From Patescibacteria group bacterium (GTDB lineage Bacteria > Patescibacteriota > JABMPQ01): a DNA stretch of 64,000 nt. Location of the stretch: NCBI GenBank assembly GCA_041749335.1, contig JBGTBM010000009.1, positions 64,179 through 128,178 on the forward strand, in the 5' to 3' direction. This document shows, piece by piece, positions 37,444-46,864 of this stretch (positions are counted from its first letter, which is position 1; each line of letters starts with the position of its first letter). The notes under the pieces were generated by a model. The model did not search any database and was not told where the DNA came from. It saw nothing but the letters and a program-made list of their open reading frames with translations. The position numbers were made by a program, and so were the translations under genes.

Positions 37444-38499
37444 TTATAACTTTCTAACAATCCCCTTGTCTGCATTAACCTCTACATCATCGCCGTCCTT
37501 AAATACTTTAGAAGCAATTTTGGTTCCAATTACACAAGGCTTTTTCATTTCCCGCGTGATAATTGCCGCATGACATAATACTCCTCCAGCATCAGTTACA
37601 ACAGCCGCGGCTTTTTTTATCAGTGGTAAATAATCTGGTCGTGTCATTTCTGCCACTAAAATATCTCCATCATTAAAATCAGCTACTGAAGTCGGATCTA
37701 AAATTACTCGGACTTTTCCCCTTACAAATCCAGAATAACCAGCCTGACCCTTAACTTCATCGCCGTCTTCATCTCCAAGAATGATTTTTTTTAAGTTTAT
37801 GGCTTCCAACCCTAGCCATGATTCTCTCATGCCTTTGTTAAAAGTTAAAATGCTTTCTTGATGCCTTTTTTGTAATATATTTTTCTGAGGTAAATTTCCA
37901 TTTTTTAAATATTCTTCAAATTCTTCTGACAGCATTGCTAAAATCAAATCTGATTTATACCCAGTTTTTTTGCTTATAATTTTTACTAACGCATCCATAT
38001 ATTCTTCCGAACGGGTAAAAACCGGCTCTGCGTAAACACGAGCTTCCTCCATCATCTTTGAATATTTTTCCTTCTCTTTTTCGCTAAAAACATCAATGAT
38101 ATTTTTCACTACGACGTGGGGTGAATAATAATTAAATAATGCATCAATATATTCTCTAAACTCTTTGAAGGTAACTTCTTTCCCCTCGTCACGATTTATA
38201 ATCGCTAAGTAATTATCAGTTTCTTCTTTTAATAACTCACAAATTTTGTAAATAGAAAGCTCACCGGATTCAATTGAACTTTTTACCTCATTACAAAATT
38301 TTATTTTATCTGACTTGCGAATACAGGCCGTAGTAAGTCCTTCTTTGTAAAGAAAAGCGACCCGGGGAATAAACATGTCAACTTTTGGCATATAGGGCTT
38401 TCTCATATATTGTTTACCAAAATATGAATCGCTTAATAAGCTAAAGCCACCGGCCCAATAAACTATCCAGTCGTCTGCTTTAAATTTCTCTATCGTCAT
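37444..38499 (-). CDS. PEP-utilising enzyme mobile (phospho-His swivel) domain protein
   Basis: C-terminal GDILVAEMTRPD...VTDAGGVLCHAAIITREMKKPCVIGT...VEVNADKG; N-terminal ~245 aa not recognised; no ATP-grasp. Confidence 0.88.
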   Translation of the reverse strand: MTIEKFKADDWIVYWAGGFSLLSDSYFGKQYMRKPYMPKVDMFIPRVAFLYKEGLTTACIRKSDKIKFCNEVKSSIESGELSIYKICELLKEETDNYLAIINRDEGKEVTFKEFREYIDALFNYYSPHVVVKNIIDVFSEKEKEKYSKMMEEARVYAEPVFTRSEEYMDALVKIISKKTGYKSDLILAMLSEEFEEYLKNGNLPQKNILQKRHQESILTFNKGMRESWLGLEAINLKKIILGDEDGDEVKGQAGYSGFVRGKVRVILDPTSVADFNDGDILVAEMTRPDYLPLIKKAAAVVTDAGGVLCHAAIITREMKKPCVIGTKIASKVFKDGDDVEVNADKGIVRKL

Positions 38500-38514
38500 A
38501 TTTTAAAATATTTA

Positions 38515-39426
38515 TTATTTATCTAAATTTTTAGCATCCTCAATTATATCTGCCAATATCTTCGGACTAAGCTCCATATCTTCAAATCCATACTCGCCTT
38601 CTAAGACAATTTTTTGGCCCTCACTACTATTAATTATTATTATATCAAATCCTTCTCCATAACCAAAGCCGTTACCATCTCCTTTTGCTTGTTTAAGTTT
38701 TTCAATAAATTCCTTAACTGCCTTAATACCCTTAATTTTTTCTAATACTTTCATATAAAAGCACTCTGATACTGTTTGGTGAGTTCCAAAAAATCTTTCT
38801 AATGTATTGCCGAATTTTGAATAATCATCAGGTTTTTTTGAAACAATACGATTAAAATTATTGGCCATTCTCATTTCCCGTGCAATTAGAGAAACATAGC
38901 CTGCTGCTTGCCTTGAATATGACGAACTCTCATCATCCCTTAAGCCTCTAACTAAATTATCGCTTTCATTAAGTATAAATTCTAAAGCCCTCCCCTCACT
39001 AAATGCTTGATGAGCTGCATGTTTAAATTTCTCATTTCCCTCCCACATAAAATTTAGTTCTGGCAATATAACAACCTTCTCACCATAAGACATTTCTTTT
39101 TCAATTTGAGCCTTTGCTTCATCATAACTCATATCCGCTGTTAAACCTGCTTTTTCTCCTGCCATTTGTAATAAAGCTGTGTGACCAGATCGAACTCGAT
39201 CACTTCCTGCCGCCCATGCAACTTCTGGTTTTGATTTTAGTTTCAAGCTTTTATTAATCGCAGCTTGCTTACCAGCTTTTGTTAACTGAATATCTTTATC
39301 CGATTGCCCCGGCAAAGCTTTATCTTTTTCTTGATGACGCATAAAATGAAGAATAACCCTTGTCTCTGGCCTTATTTCCTGTTCTTTTACTTCAGGAGAA
39401 GTGGGTATTTCACGATATTCTGACAT
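38515..39426 (-). CDS. Histidine phosphatase superfamily-like protein
   Basis: ILHFMRHQEK (RHG-like), LTKAGKQAA, SDRVRSGHTA, distal FGTHQT. Confidence 0.7.
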   Translation of the reverse strand: MSEYREIPTSPEVKEQEIRPETRVILHFMRHQEKDKALPGQSDKDIQLTKAGKQAAINKSLKLKSKPEVAWAAGSDRVRSGHTALLQMAGEKAGLTADMSYDEAKAQIEKEMSYGEKVVILPELNFMWEGNEKFKHAAHQAFSEGRALEFILNESDNLVRGLRDDESSSYSRQAAGYVSLIAREMRMANNFNRIVSKKPDDYSKFGNTLERFFGTHQTVSECFYMKVLEKIKGIKAVKEFIEKLKQAKGDGNGFGYGEGFDIIIINSSEGQKIVLEGEYGFEDMELSPKILADIIEDAKNLDK

Positions 39427-39435
39427 AAATTAATT

Positions 39436-40893
39436 TTATTTGATTTTTGTAACTATTCCCTTTTTAGCATAAACTTCAACCCTATCGCCGTCTTTCAAAG
39501 CTCTGGTAGAAATTTTCGTACCCACTATGCACGGAATATTAAGCTCTCTAGATACAATGGCGGCATGAGAAGTCATACCACCCTCATCGGCAATGATAGC
39601 AGCTGCTTTTTTCATCGCTATAATATATTCAGGCGATGTCATACTGGCCACCAAAATATCGCCTTTTTCCATTTTATTGTTATCTTTAAAAGGATCTTTA
39701 ATGATTTTTACAACTCCAGACACCTTATTTTTACTTCCCGTGCTGACAACCGTACCCTTTATTATTTTTACCTTAATTTTCGTCTTCGGCCAAAATATAT
39801 TCAAATATTTTTTTATTATAATATGATCGACTTCAATTTGTAAATTATCGTTTTTGCCATATAGCATATAATAATTCAACCTTTTTCCGACTTCCGCCTT
39901 ATTTATTTTTTTTGGTTCTTTTAATAAAATTAAGAGTTCATACGGCCACATCCACTGTAATTTTTTTAAGTCCCATTTCCTCCTTTTTGCTATTTCGCCA
40001 ATAAATAAATCCCAAAAATAGTTCATTTTCCAAATATACGCTTTTCTGTGATCCTGCCACCAAATACATTCACTCAGCTGCTTTGCGATATAAATAATTT
40101 CACTATTTAATTTTATTTTTTTTATCAACCTTTCCTTTCTTAGGCTGTTATTTCTAATGTTATTTTTTATTTCATCAATTCTTATTTTAGCGCTTTTTTC
40201 TTTTAATAAGTCCTGTAATTTTTTATCAAAGTATCCACTCTTTAAAACACGGTTTCCGCCATAGCTATTTAATAGCCAATAATATTTTATCGCGTGTTTT
40301 TTCAAGGCTTTAGAATAATCATCCTTGTCTTTTATATTAGCCAATTTTAATAAATCCAACTCTTCAGTTTGGAAAAATGAAGGCTTAATCGGCGCGCTTA
40401 ATATCTCCAGATATTCGTCTGCTTTATCTTTAAATAATTTTTTCAACTTTTGCCTTAATAAATATTCTCCGCCCCAATTGGCAATTTCCGGCACATGGAC
40501 AATAATCCAAAATTTCAGATTAAAATCGTAAAATTCTTTTAAATGATTATATAATTTCTGATCGGATATATCCTTCCAATTTATTTTTTCCAACTCACGA
40601 GAAATTTTTTGGTAATCTTTTATCCATTGCTGATACTTGCTCCAATGCTGCAAATAAAATTTTTTGTCCAATAAATAATAACTAAAATATTTCAGTCCAA
40701 CACCTTGCAGCGCTTTCATTTCATTTATCCACAAACCGCGCCCGTCTTGATAAAGAACTAAGTATGAAGGCCATGCCCACTTATAAAATTTTTTAGTGCT
40801 TGTTAAAACCACTTTCATAAAACAGGAACCATATAAAATCTTAAAATCTATCGGGCCCCATTTAAATAGCTCTTTCTTGGGATCAATAATCAT
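39436..40893 (-). CDS. PEP-utilising enzyme mobile domain protein
   Basis: C-terminal GDILVASMTSPE...DEGGMTSHAAIVSRELNIPCIVGT; ~375-aa helical N-terminus; no ATP-grasp. Confidence 0.88.
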   Translation of the reverse strand: MIIDPKKELFKWGPIDFKILYGSCFMKVVLTSTKKFYKWAWPSYLVLYQDGRGLWINEMKALQGVGLKYFSYYLLDKKFYLQHWSKYQQWIKDYQKISRELEKINWKDISDQKLYNHLKEFYDFNLKFWIIVHVPEIANWGGEYLLRQKLKKLFKDKADEYLEILSAPIKPSFFQTEELDLLKLANIKDKDDYSKALKKHAIKYYWLLNSYGGNRVLKSGYFDKKLQDLLKEKSAKIRIDEIKNNIRNNSLRKERLIKKIKLNSEIIYIAKQLSECIWWQDHRKAYIWKMNYFWDLFIGEIAKRRKWDLKKLQWMWPYELLILLKEPKKINKAEVGKRLNYYMLYGKNDNLQIEVDHIIIKKYLNIFWPKTKIKVKIIKGTVVSTGSKNKVSGVVKIIKDPFKDNNKMEKGDILVASMTSPEYIIAMKKAAAIIADEGGMTSHAAIVSRELNIPCIVGTKISTRALKDGDRVEVYAKKGIVTKIK

Positions 40894-42383
40894 ATTTTTT
40901 TTATTATTCCTTTATCGGCATCAACTTCTACCTTATTATTATCCTCAAAAATTTTAGTGGCATATTTAGTACCGATAATGCAAGGAATGCCAAGTTCGCG
41001 GGAAACAATCGCCGCATGACATGTAATTCCTCCCATATCGGTAACGACCGCTCCAGCCTTTTTCATCGCCGCAATTATCTCCGGATCAGTCATTTTTGAA
41101 ATTAATATATCTCCATTTTTCATTTTATTTAGATCTTTTGCGTTATTAATAATTTTAACGTTTCCTATTGCTTTGCCCGGTTGAGCGCATACGCCTATTA
41201 ATTGGATTATTTTTCGATCTATTCCTTTTTCGATTTCTACATCAATTGATTTTATAAAATTTTTCGCTTCTTTTTCTATAAAAACTTTAGTTTTACCCCG
41301 ATAAGCATATTGAACGCTATATTTATATCTTTGTTTTAACTCTTCAGCATCCACCTTACTTAACTTTAAGGCCGTTTTAATTTCCCAAGGGAGCATGCGT
41401 CGAACTAAAGCAACGTTGATTCCCAATCTATTTCCAATCTCTTTTATTAAATTTTCACTGGCATAAAATCCATAAAATAGAGCTTCTTTGCTTAAACTCT
41501 TTATGTAAATAGATTTTCTGGCAATGTTTATCAATTCCATAATGTCTTTATCAAGTTTTAAAAGCTTCAAGAATTTTTCTTGTTGTTTTTTAATATGATT
41601 TACCTGATTTTCTAAAAACCGCAGCCTTTCAATAATTTCAGCCTTATCTTTGATTAAATATTTTTTGGCGTTTTTTACAAAATATCTCTTATCCCAGGCC
41701 GGTCCAGACATGCCATACGGAAGCCAGCAATATTTCTTATAATGTTTTTCTAGTTTTTTGTTTAATATTCCATCGTTAATATTATCAAGATCCTTTAATT
41801 TTAAAACAGTCTTTATAAATTCCTGCTCTTCTTGAGCAACATGGTTTTTTATAAGCGGAGTAGCCAGAATGGCAAATACCACTTCTGGTTGCAATTTTAA
41901 TTTTTGCTGCTTTATTTTTTCTTTTAAAAGATTTATAACATATTTAGAAAATATTTCTTTGGGTGTTTCCATTACCCAAAATATTGTTCGCCGAAAATGA
42001 GCTTGGTTGTGCAATTCTTCAAATTTTTCATATAAACTGCCCAATTCTTCATTGCCTTTATCTTTTAAATTTACAGATAATAAATATCGGCCATATTCAA
42101 ACAATTTTTGTGAAAACTTTTCACTAATAAAAAATATTTTTTTGATCAGCTTAGGATCATTTAAAATTATTTTTAAATATTTATCGCCGGCATCCGCCCA
42201 TATTTTTCTTGGAAAGATATAGCTCGCCTTTTCTTTTATATACTCCACGACGCCAAAGCCAATATTTGAAAACCCGACAGATTCCATATCTTTAGTCATG
42301 CTCAACAAAGGGGAAGCGGCAAAAAGATAATGAGATGCTTCAGCTTTTTCCACTATTATCCATTTTTTGGGTCTATTTGACAT
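40890..42383 (-). CDS. PEP-utilising enzyme mobile domain protein
   Basis: C-terminal GDILISKMTDPE...TDMGGITCHAAIVSRELGIPCIIGT...VEVDADKG; ~390-aa N-terminus; overlaps next gene by 4 nt (ATGA). Confidence 0.88.
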   Translation of the reverse strand: MSNRPKKWIIVEKAEASHYLFAASPLLSMTKDMESVGFSNIGFGVVEYIKEKASYIFPRKIWADAGDKYLKIILNDPKLIKKIFFISEKFSQKLFEYGRYLLSVNLKDKGNEELGSLYEKFEELHNQAHFRRTIFWVMETPKEIFSKYVINLLKEKIKQQKLKLQPEVVFAILATPLIKNHVAQEEQEFIKTVLKLKDLDNINDGILNKKLEKHYKKYCWLPYGMSGPAWDKRYFVKNAKKYLIKDKAEIIERLRFLENQVNHIKKQQEKFLKLLKLDKDIMELINIARKSIYIKSLSKEALFYGFYASENLIKEIGNRLGINVALVRRMLPWEIKTALKLSKVDAEELKQRYKYSVQYAYRGKTKVFIEKEAKNFIKSIDVEIEKGIDRKIIQLIGVCAQPGKAIGNVKIINNAKDLNKMKNGDILISKMTDPEIIAAMKKAGAVVTDMGGITCHAAIVSRELGIPCIIGTKYATKIFEDNNKVEVDADKGIIKKI

Positions 42384-42495
42384 ATTCGTAATTTAAAAAT
42401 ATTCTTATTATAATATTAATTAAACATATTTCTATTTTAAAATATTTTAATTTTATTGGCTAGCATTAAAAATTATAATGTCATTTTTCTGAAAC

Positions 42496-42515
42496 ATTAA
42501 TTATGCATAATTAAT
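42496..42515. promoter_or_regulatory. Perfect 20-bp palindrome, possible operator
   Basis: ATTAATTATGCATAATTAAT in the intergenic region upstream of the PEP-utiliser cluster; AT-rich, so chance is possible. Confidence 0.3.
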
Positions 42516-42584
42516 TAATAACTCATCCAACCATATCTGATTTTATGCTTGTCTATAAAGCAAAACTTGCCTTGTTATCAATAA

Positions 42585-42619
42585 ATAAAAGAACCACCTT
42601 GATTTAAGTGATTCTTTTT
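42585..42619 (-). terminator. Intrinsic terminator after LOG gene
   Basis: AAGAATCAC...GTGGTTCTT hairpin followed by TTATTT on - strand. Confidence 0.6.
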
Positions 42620-42629
42620 ATAATGTTTT

Positions 42630-43349
42630 TTAGAAAATTGTTCTTTCCTCAGAGTCTTTAATCAACTCATATGCTTCTTCGGCGCTATCTACAATATGAT
42701 AAATTTTTCTATCTTGCGCATCAATACTTTTATATCCATTTAATATCACTTGTCCAATAAATTTATCCAGTTTGCTCCAATAATCTTTACCAATACAAAT
42801 TACCGGTATTTTGACAATCTTTTCGGTTTGCACCAAAGTGATAATTTCAAAAAACTCATCCAAGGTTCCAAACCCTCCCGGGAAAAAAACGTACGCCTGA
42901 GCAGATGCCGCCATCATGACTTTGCGGGTAAAAAAATAATAGAATCCTTTCCCCTTGGTAACATAGGGATTTATTCTCTGTTCTTGCGGTAATTGAATAT
43001 TCAGTCCAATTGACATAGTGCCGGCTTCTTTAGCGCCTTTATTGGCTGCCTCCATTATTCCCGGACCGCCTCCGGTAATAACTGTAAAATTATTTTGTCC
43101 TAAAATTTTGCCCAGCATTTCTGCTTCTTGGTACCATTTATTTTTCTTGTCTGTCCGCGCTGAACCGAATATTGTTACTTCTCTGCTTGTTTCGGAAATA
43201 AATTCAAATCCTTCAATAAATTCCGCCATGATGCGAAATATTCTCCAAGTAATATCACTCATTCTCCCGCCCTTTTTACCTTTTACTGGTATTTTAGTAA
43301 TTTGCTCAAATTCTTGTTCTCTAATTTTTTTCTTAGTATTTTTTTTCAT
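42630..43349 (-). CDS. LOG family (TIGR00730-type) nucleotide phosphoribohydrolase
   Basis: VTIFGSAR, ITGGGPGIMEAANKGA, FFTRKVM, PGGFGTLDEFFE. Confidence 0.94.
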   Translation of the reverse strand: MKKNTKKKIREQEFEQITKIPVKGKKGGRMSDITWRIFRIMAEFIEGFEFISETSREVTIFGSARTDKKNKWYQEAEMLGKILGQNNFTVITGGGPGIMEAANKGAKEAGTMSIGLNIQLPQEQRINPYVTKGKGFYYFFTRKVMMAASAQAYVFFPGGFGTLDEFFEIITLVQTEKIVKIPVICIGKDYWSKLDKFIGQVILNGYKSIDAQDRKIYHIVDSAEEAYELIKDSEERTIF

Positions 43350-43357
43350 ATTTAAAT

Positions 43358-43993
43358 TTAATTTCTATTTCTCATAATCGCGATAACGTCATCATCTTCC
43401 ACCTGATTAAAATTCTGATAAAAAGCCCCTACTGCTCCAAAAAATGGCGGAATATGCAAGCAAATGATCTCATCTACCATAGGTTTAATTTTTTTTAAAG
43501 AATCGCTGGCAGAAACCGGCACGGCAACAATAATTTTTCGAGGATTTTTATTTTGAATGGATTTTATCGCTGCCATCATTGTTAATCCGGTTGCAATGCC
43601 ATCATCCACGATTATAACTTCCTTAGATTTTAATGCTAATTTATTTTTACTGCCCCGATATAATACCACGCGCCTTTGCGCTTCTTTTTTTTCTTTTTCT
43701 ACTTCGCGGACAATATAATTTTTATCAATATACAAGTTATCAATTTCCTCGTCATTAAATAACCCCAGCCCATCTTCAGTAATTGCGCCAATCGCATATT
43801 CTTGATTACTCGGAGCGCCAATCTTTCTAGGCACTACAATATCTAAAGGTAAACCTAGAATCTTGGAAATTTTATCACCCAATACAACCCCTCCGCGCGG
43901 CAAAGCTAAAACCACCGTATCGGTTTTTTTCTTAAATTTTTTTAACTCAAGCGCCAGTTTTTCACCCGCTTCTTCTCGATCTCGAAAAATCAT
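43358..43993 (-). CDS. Type I phosphoribosyltransferase family protein
   Basis: FRDREEAG, LALPRGGV, RKIGAP..EYAIGA, IIVDDGIATGLT, AVGAFY..F.QV.D. Confidence 0.92.
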   Translation of the reverse strand: MIFRDREEAGEKLALELKKFKKKTDTVVLALPRGGVVLGDKISKILGLPLDIVVPRKIGAPSNQEYAIGAITEDGLGLFNDEEIDNLYIDKNYIVREVEKEKKEAQRRVVLYRGSKNKLALKSKEVIIVDDGIATGLTMMAAIKSIQNKNPRKIIVAVPVSASDSLKKIKPMVDEIICLHIPPFFGAVGAFYQNFNQVEDDDVIAIMRNRN

Positions 43994-44001
43994 ATTAAAA
44001 T

Positions 44002-45078
44002 TTAATATCTTAATATTGCTCCGATATTACCCAATTTATCCATTTTATCTTCCCATTCAACAAATTGCACCTCGGCATTCTGATCAAGCGCCTTTTGTAC
44101 CATCTCGTCCATCAAATCAACCTCCATAGCTTCCCCTCCGCAAGAACAATTTTTTTCCAACAAAAGTAAATCGCAAGCCATGCAATAATAACCCTTGTGC
44201 TCCATTTTCGCATGGACTATCAATTGTAAAACTTTTTTATTATTTAAATTATCTAAAACATCTCTAACGCCGGAAACTGCTTTATTGCCATCCCCTAAAT
44301 TATTTTCCAATTTCATTATCAATTCTTTTTCCTTTTCTCTCTCTGCCTGTTCCGCTATTACCAACGCCTTATCAAGAATTTTTTGTGTTGATTTAAATAA
44401 CTCAATTTTGAAATCTCCCGCAATAACATTTTTTAATTCTATTGGAAGATTTTCTTTCAATTGCGCTATTATTTCATCAGTACCGCCTAAAATTAATCGA
44501 TCAAATCTCTTCTCTTTCCAAATTGAATAGAGAGCAGCAATAAAATTTTTTAAATTATGTGTTGAATGTTCATCTACATGTCCCTGATATCTTTTTTGCG
44601 ACCATCCTCCCTGCGCATGCCTCCCCGGGAAGTATTCACTAATATTTCTCATTTCTTCTATTTCTCCCATATAAACCACAAATATTTTTGTCTTTTCTTT
44701 ATCAGCAACCATAACGGCATATCTTTCATGCTCATCAATTAATTTTTGCAGAGGTGCTAAATGTAGATTATGTTCCACAAATACCGCTGACGCCATGGGT
44801 TTTTTAAATTCATAGAAAAACCATTTATCATCAGCCTTACCAACAAAAAAAACTACCCCCCTGGCTCTATTAATTATGCTTTTTGGGACCTGTTTTTTTA
44901 TTTTATCGATCTGCCCAGCTGTCAGCTCATCTTCAACCTTTGTTAATAGATTCTTTAATTTAATGTTAATCTTTTCAGTAGAGTTGTTTTTTTGATCTAA
45001 ATTTAGATATAAACTTACATAGTTGTATTTATTGCTCTTTATCTCATTTAATTTTTTGATATTCTCAATAGTAAACAT
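44002..45078 (-). CDS. Bacterial archaeo-eukaryotic release factor-like protein (baeRF, aRF1/eRF1 fold)
   Basis: VSLYL, GRHAQGGWSQKRYQ, FDRLILGG, Zn-ribbon CMAC..CSCG, C-terminal GNIGAILRY as in aRF1. Confidence 0.88.
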   Translation of the reverse strand: MFTIENIKKLNEIKSNKYNYVSLYLNLDQKNNSTEKINIKLKNLLTKVEDELTAGQIDKIKKQVPKSIINRARGVVFFVGKADDKWFFYEFKKPMASAVFVEHNLHLAPLQKLIDEHERYAVMVADKEKTKIFVVYMGEIEEMRNISEYFPGRHAQGGWSQKRYQGHVDEHSTHNLKNFIAALYSIWKEKRFDRLILGGTDEIIAQLKENLPIELKNVIAGDFKIELFKSTQKILDKALVIAEQAEREKEKELIMKLENNLGDGNKAVSGVRDVLDNLNNKKVLQLIVHAKMEHKGYYCMACDLLLLEKNCSCGGEAMEVDLMDEMVQKALDQNAEVQFVEWEDKMDKLGNIGAILRY

Positions 45079-45273
45079 TTTATTATAAATTACTTATTTT
45101 ATTCATTATATCAAATTTCCGACTTTATCTCAATTGATTATCTTTATCTTGATTGTTAATTATATCAAATATATAATATTTCTATTATAATCTTTTTAAT
45201 CCTAGGCTTATATTCATTGTTATATTATTTGATTTTGAAAACGCCATTATTGGTTAAATTTATCCGAACCTTA

Positions 45274-45346
45274 GCCCACGTAGCTCATTTGGTAGAGCAA
45301 TGCTTTCGTAAAGCATAGGTAACCAGTTCGACTCTGGTCGTGGGCT
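45274..45346 (+). tRNA. tRNA-Thr(CGT)
   Basis: GCCCACG/CGTGGGC acceptor stem, TAGCTCA..TGGTAGAGC D arm, ATGCT-TTCGTAA-AGCAT anticodon arm, GTTCGACTC T arm; CCA not encoded. Confidence 0.96.
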
Positions 45347-45420
45347 TAGGTGCGAATAGATGTTAAAATACAGATAAAATATATTGCGCCAATTTAAATT
45401 TAGACTTAGATTAATTAATT

Positions 45421-45454
45421 AAAAAAACAGCCTCTTTTTCCGTGCTGTTTTTTT
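45421..45454. terminator. Bidirectional terminator between tRNA-Thr and prsA-like gene
   Basis: A7-CAGC-loop-GCTG-T7 between convergent genes. Confidence 0.7.
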
Positions 45455-45460
45455 ATCAAA

Positions 45461-46450
45461 TTATTTTAAAGTTATTTGGCCATTCTGCCAGATAAACCCC
45501 GGAACCAATACAATTACCCTGGCATCGGTCATATTGACTCGTAGCCACTCGTTATAATTATCGCTTGTTTTAATTAAAATATGTGACGCTCTGGTCGTTT
45601 CTACTCCTTCGGCATCTTCCTTTTTATCAGTAACTTTAATTATATGGAAGCCATAACTAGTCTCAATTACTTCGCTTATCTCGCCAATCTTCAAGTTAAA
45701 AGCAGCTTGCTCAAATTCTTGAACCATTTCTCCTTTGCCAAAAAATCCTAAATCTCCAGCATACTCTTTAGTAATTTCATCATCGCTTTCTTTTTTTGCT
45801 ATTTCTTCAAAGTTTTCTCCTTGTCTAATCTTATCTAAAATATCTTGAGCAATAATTTTTTGATTATTATTTTTCAACTTCGCATCTCTGTCAATATTGT
45901 CTTCCTTGATATATTTTTGATGCAATTTAGAATATAAAATTTCTGGGCTTAGTAATTTTTTAATAAAGTCATCCTCTGACATTCCGTACATGGCAGTCAA
46001 CCGGTCTTCCAGATTATCCCCCTCGCTTAAATTATTTTTAATATTATTCAGCTCGTAATCTATTTCTTCTTTAGAAACACTCACTCCATTTAAATCTGCA
46101 AGGTGCGCAACTATCCTATTCAGTATTAATTTATTAAGCACCTCAACCTTTAATTCCTCTTCAGTAATTTGAAAAACTTCACTTTCTGAAACCTGATTTT
46201 CATTAAAATATTTTATTACTTGATAATTATCAATATACTCTTCAAAACTAATAATATTATTATTTACTATCACGGCGGGATAAGGAAAATAATCAGCTAA
46301 AGCCATAGTAACTTTTCCCTGCCAATTATATTTATATATGCCTACGCCGTTCATAATTATTAGCAACAAACAAACGACTAATAAATATATTCCATACCTA
46401 AAAAATTTAAATTTTCTTTTCTGAATTATTTGTTCATTATTCTCTGGCAT
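45461..46450 (-). CDS. PrsA/SurA-like parvulin peptidyl-prolyl isomerase
   Basis: N-terminal TM, SurA-N region, FEEIAKKESDD, GDLGFF.KG.MV.EFE.AAF, ETSYGFHIIKV. Confidence 0.92.
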   Translation of the reverse strand: MPENNEQIIQKRKFKFFRYGIYLLVVCLLLIIMNGVGIYKYNWQGKVTMALADYFPYPAVIVNNNIISFEEYIDNYQVIKYFNENQVSESEVFQITEEELKVEVLNKLILNRIVAHLADLNGVSVSKEEIDYELNNIKNNLSEGDNLEDRLTAMYGMSEDDFIKKLLSPEILYSKLHQKYIKEDNIDRDAKLKNNNQKIIAQDILDKIRQGENFEEIAKKESDDEITKEYAGDLGFFGKGEMVQEFEQAAFNLKIGEISEVIETSYGFHIIKVTDKKEDAEGVETTRASHILIKTSDNYNEWLRVNMTDARVIVLVPGFIWQNGQITLK

Positions 46451-46864
46451 TTATGCTTCTTTATTTTGAAATAAATAATCCCACCATTTCTTTAAATTGC
46501 TTGTTTCGGTTTTAATTGGTACTTCAAAACTAGCTTCATTCTCATAATTTAAGCCGCTATCGCCCGATTCTATCGAAATTACCTTTTCACCTTCTTTTTT
46601 AAAACCTAAATTCTGCCTGGCCTGAATCTCTTTAAATGAGTCAGTGTTCAAATATTCAATCAACTGCCCCAATTCCTTATTTTTCTTTTCCAAAGATTCA
46701 ATTTCCCTTTTTACCTCTTCGATTTCATTATTAATTTTTTGCCTTCTAACCAATTCCTTACCTAAACCGAATGATGTAAATATGATCATAACAAAACCAA
46801 AAAATATCAAAAGCTTAATTGCCGTCTTTTTTTTGGCGATCCCATTGCGATTAAAATTATTCAT
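46451..46864 (-). CDS. Septum formation initiator (FtsB/DivIC family)
   Basis: TM, coiled coil, EIQARQNLGFKKEGEKV. Confidence 0.85.
   Translation of the reverse strand: MNNFNRNGIAKKKTAIKLLIFFGFVMIIFTSFGLGKELVRRQKINNEIEEVKREIESLEKKNKELGQLIEYLNTDSFKEIQARQNLGFKKEGEKVISIESGDSGLNYENEASFEVPIKTETSNLKKWWDYLFQNKEA

Noticed and set aside
37444-42383. Calling the three His-domain proteins PEP synthase/PPDK, or fragments of one pseudogene
   Set aside because: Each has its own intact His domain and a distinct N-terminus; none shows ATP-grasp or pyruvate-binding barrel motifs.
45080-45460. tRNA-Thr as an integration site for an island
   Set aside because: No integrase nearby, and I saw no duplicate of the tRNA 3' end.
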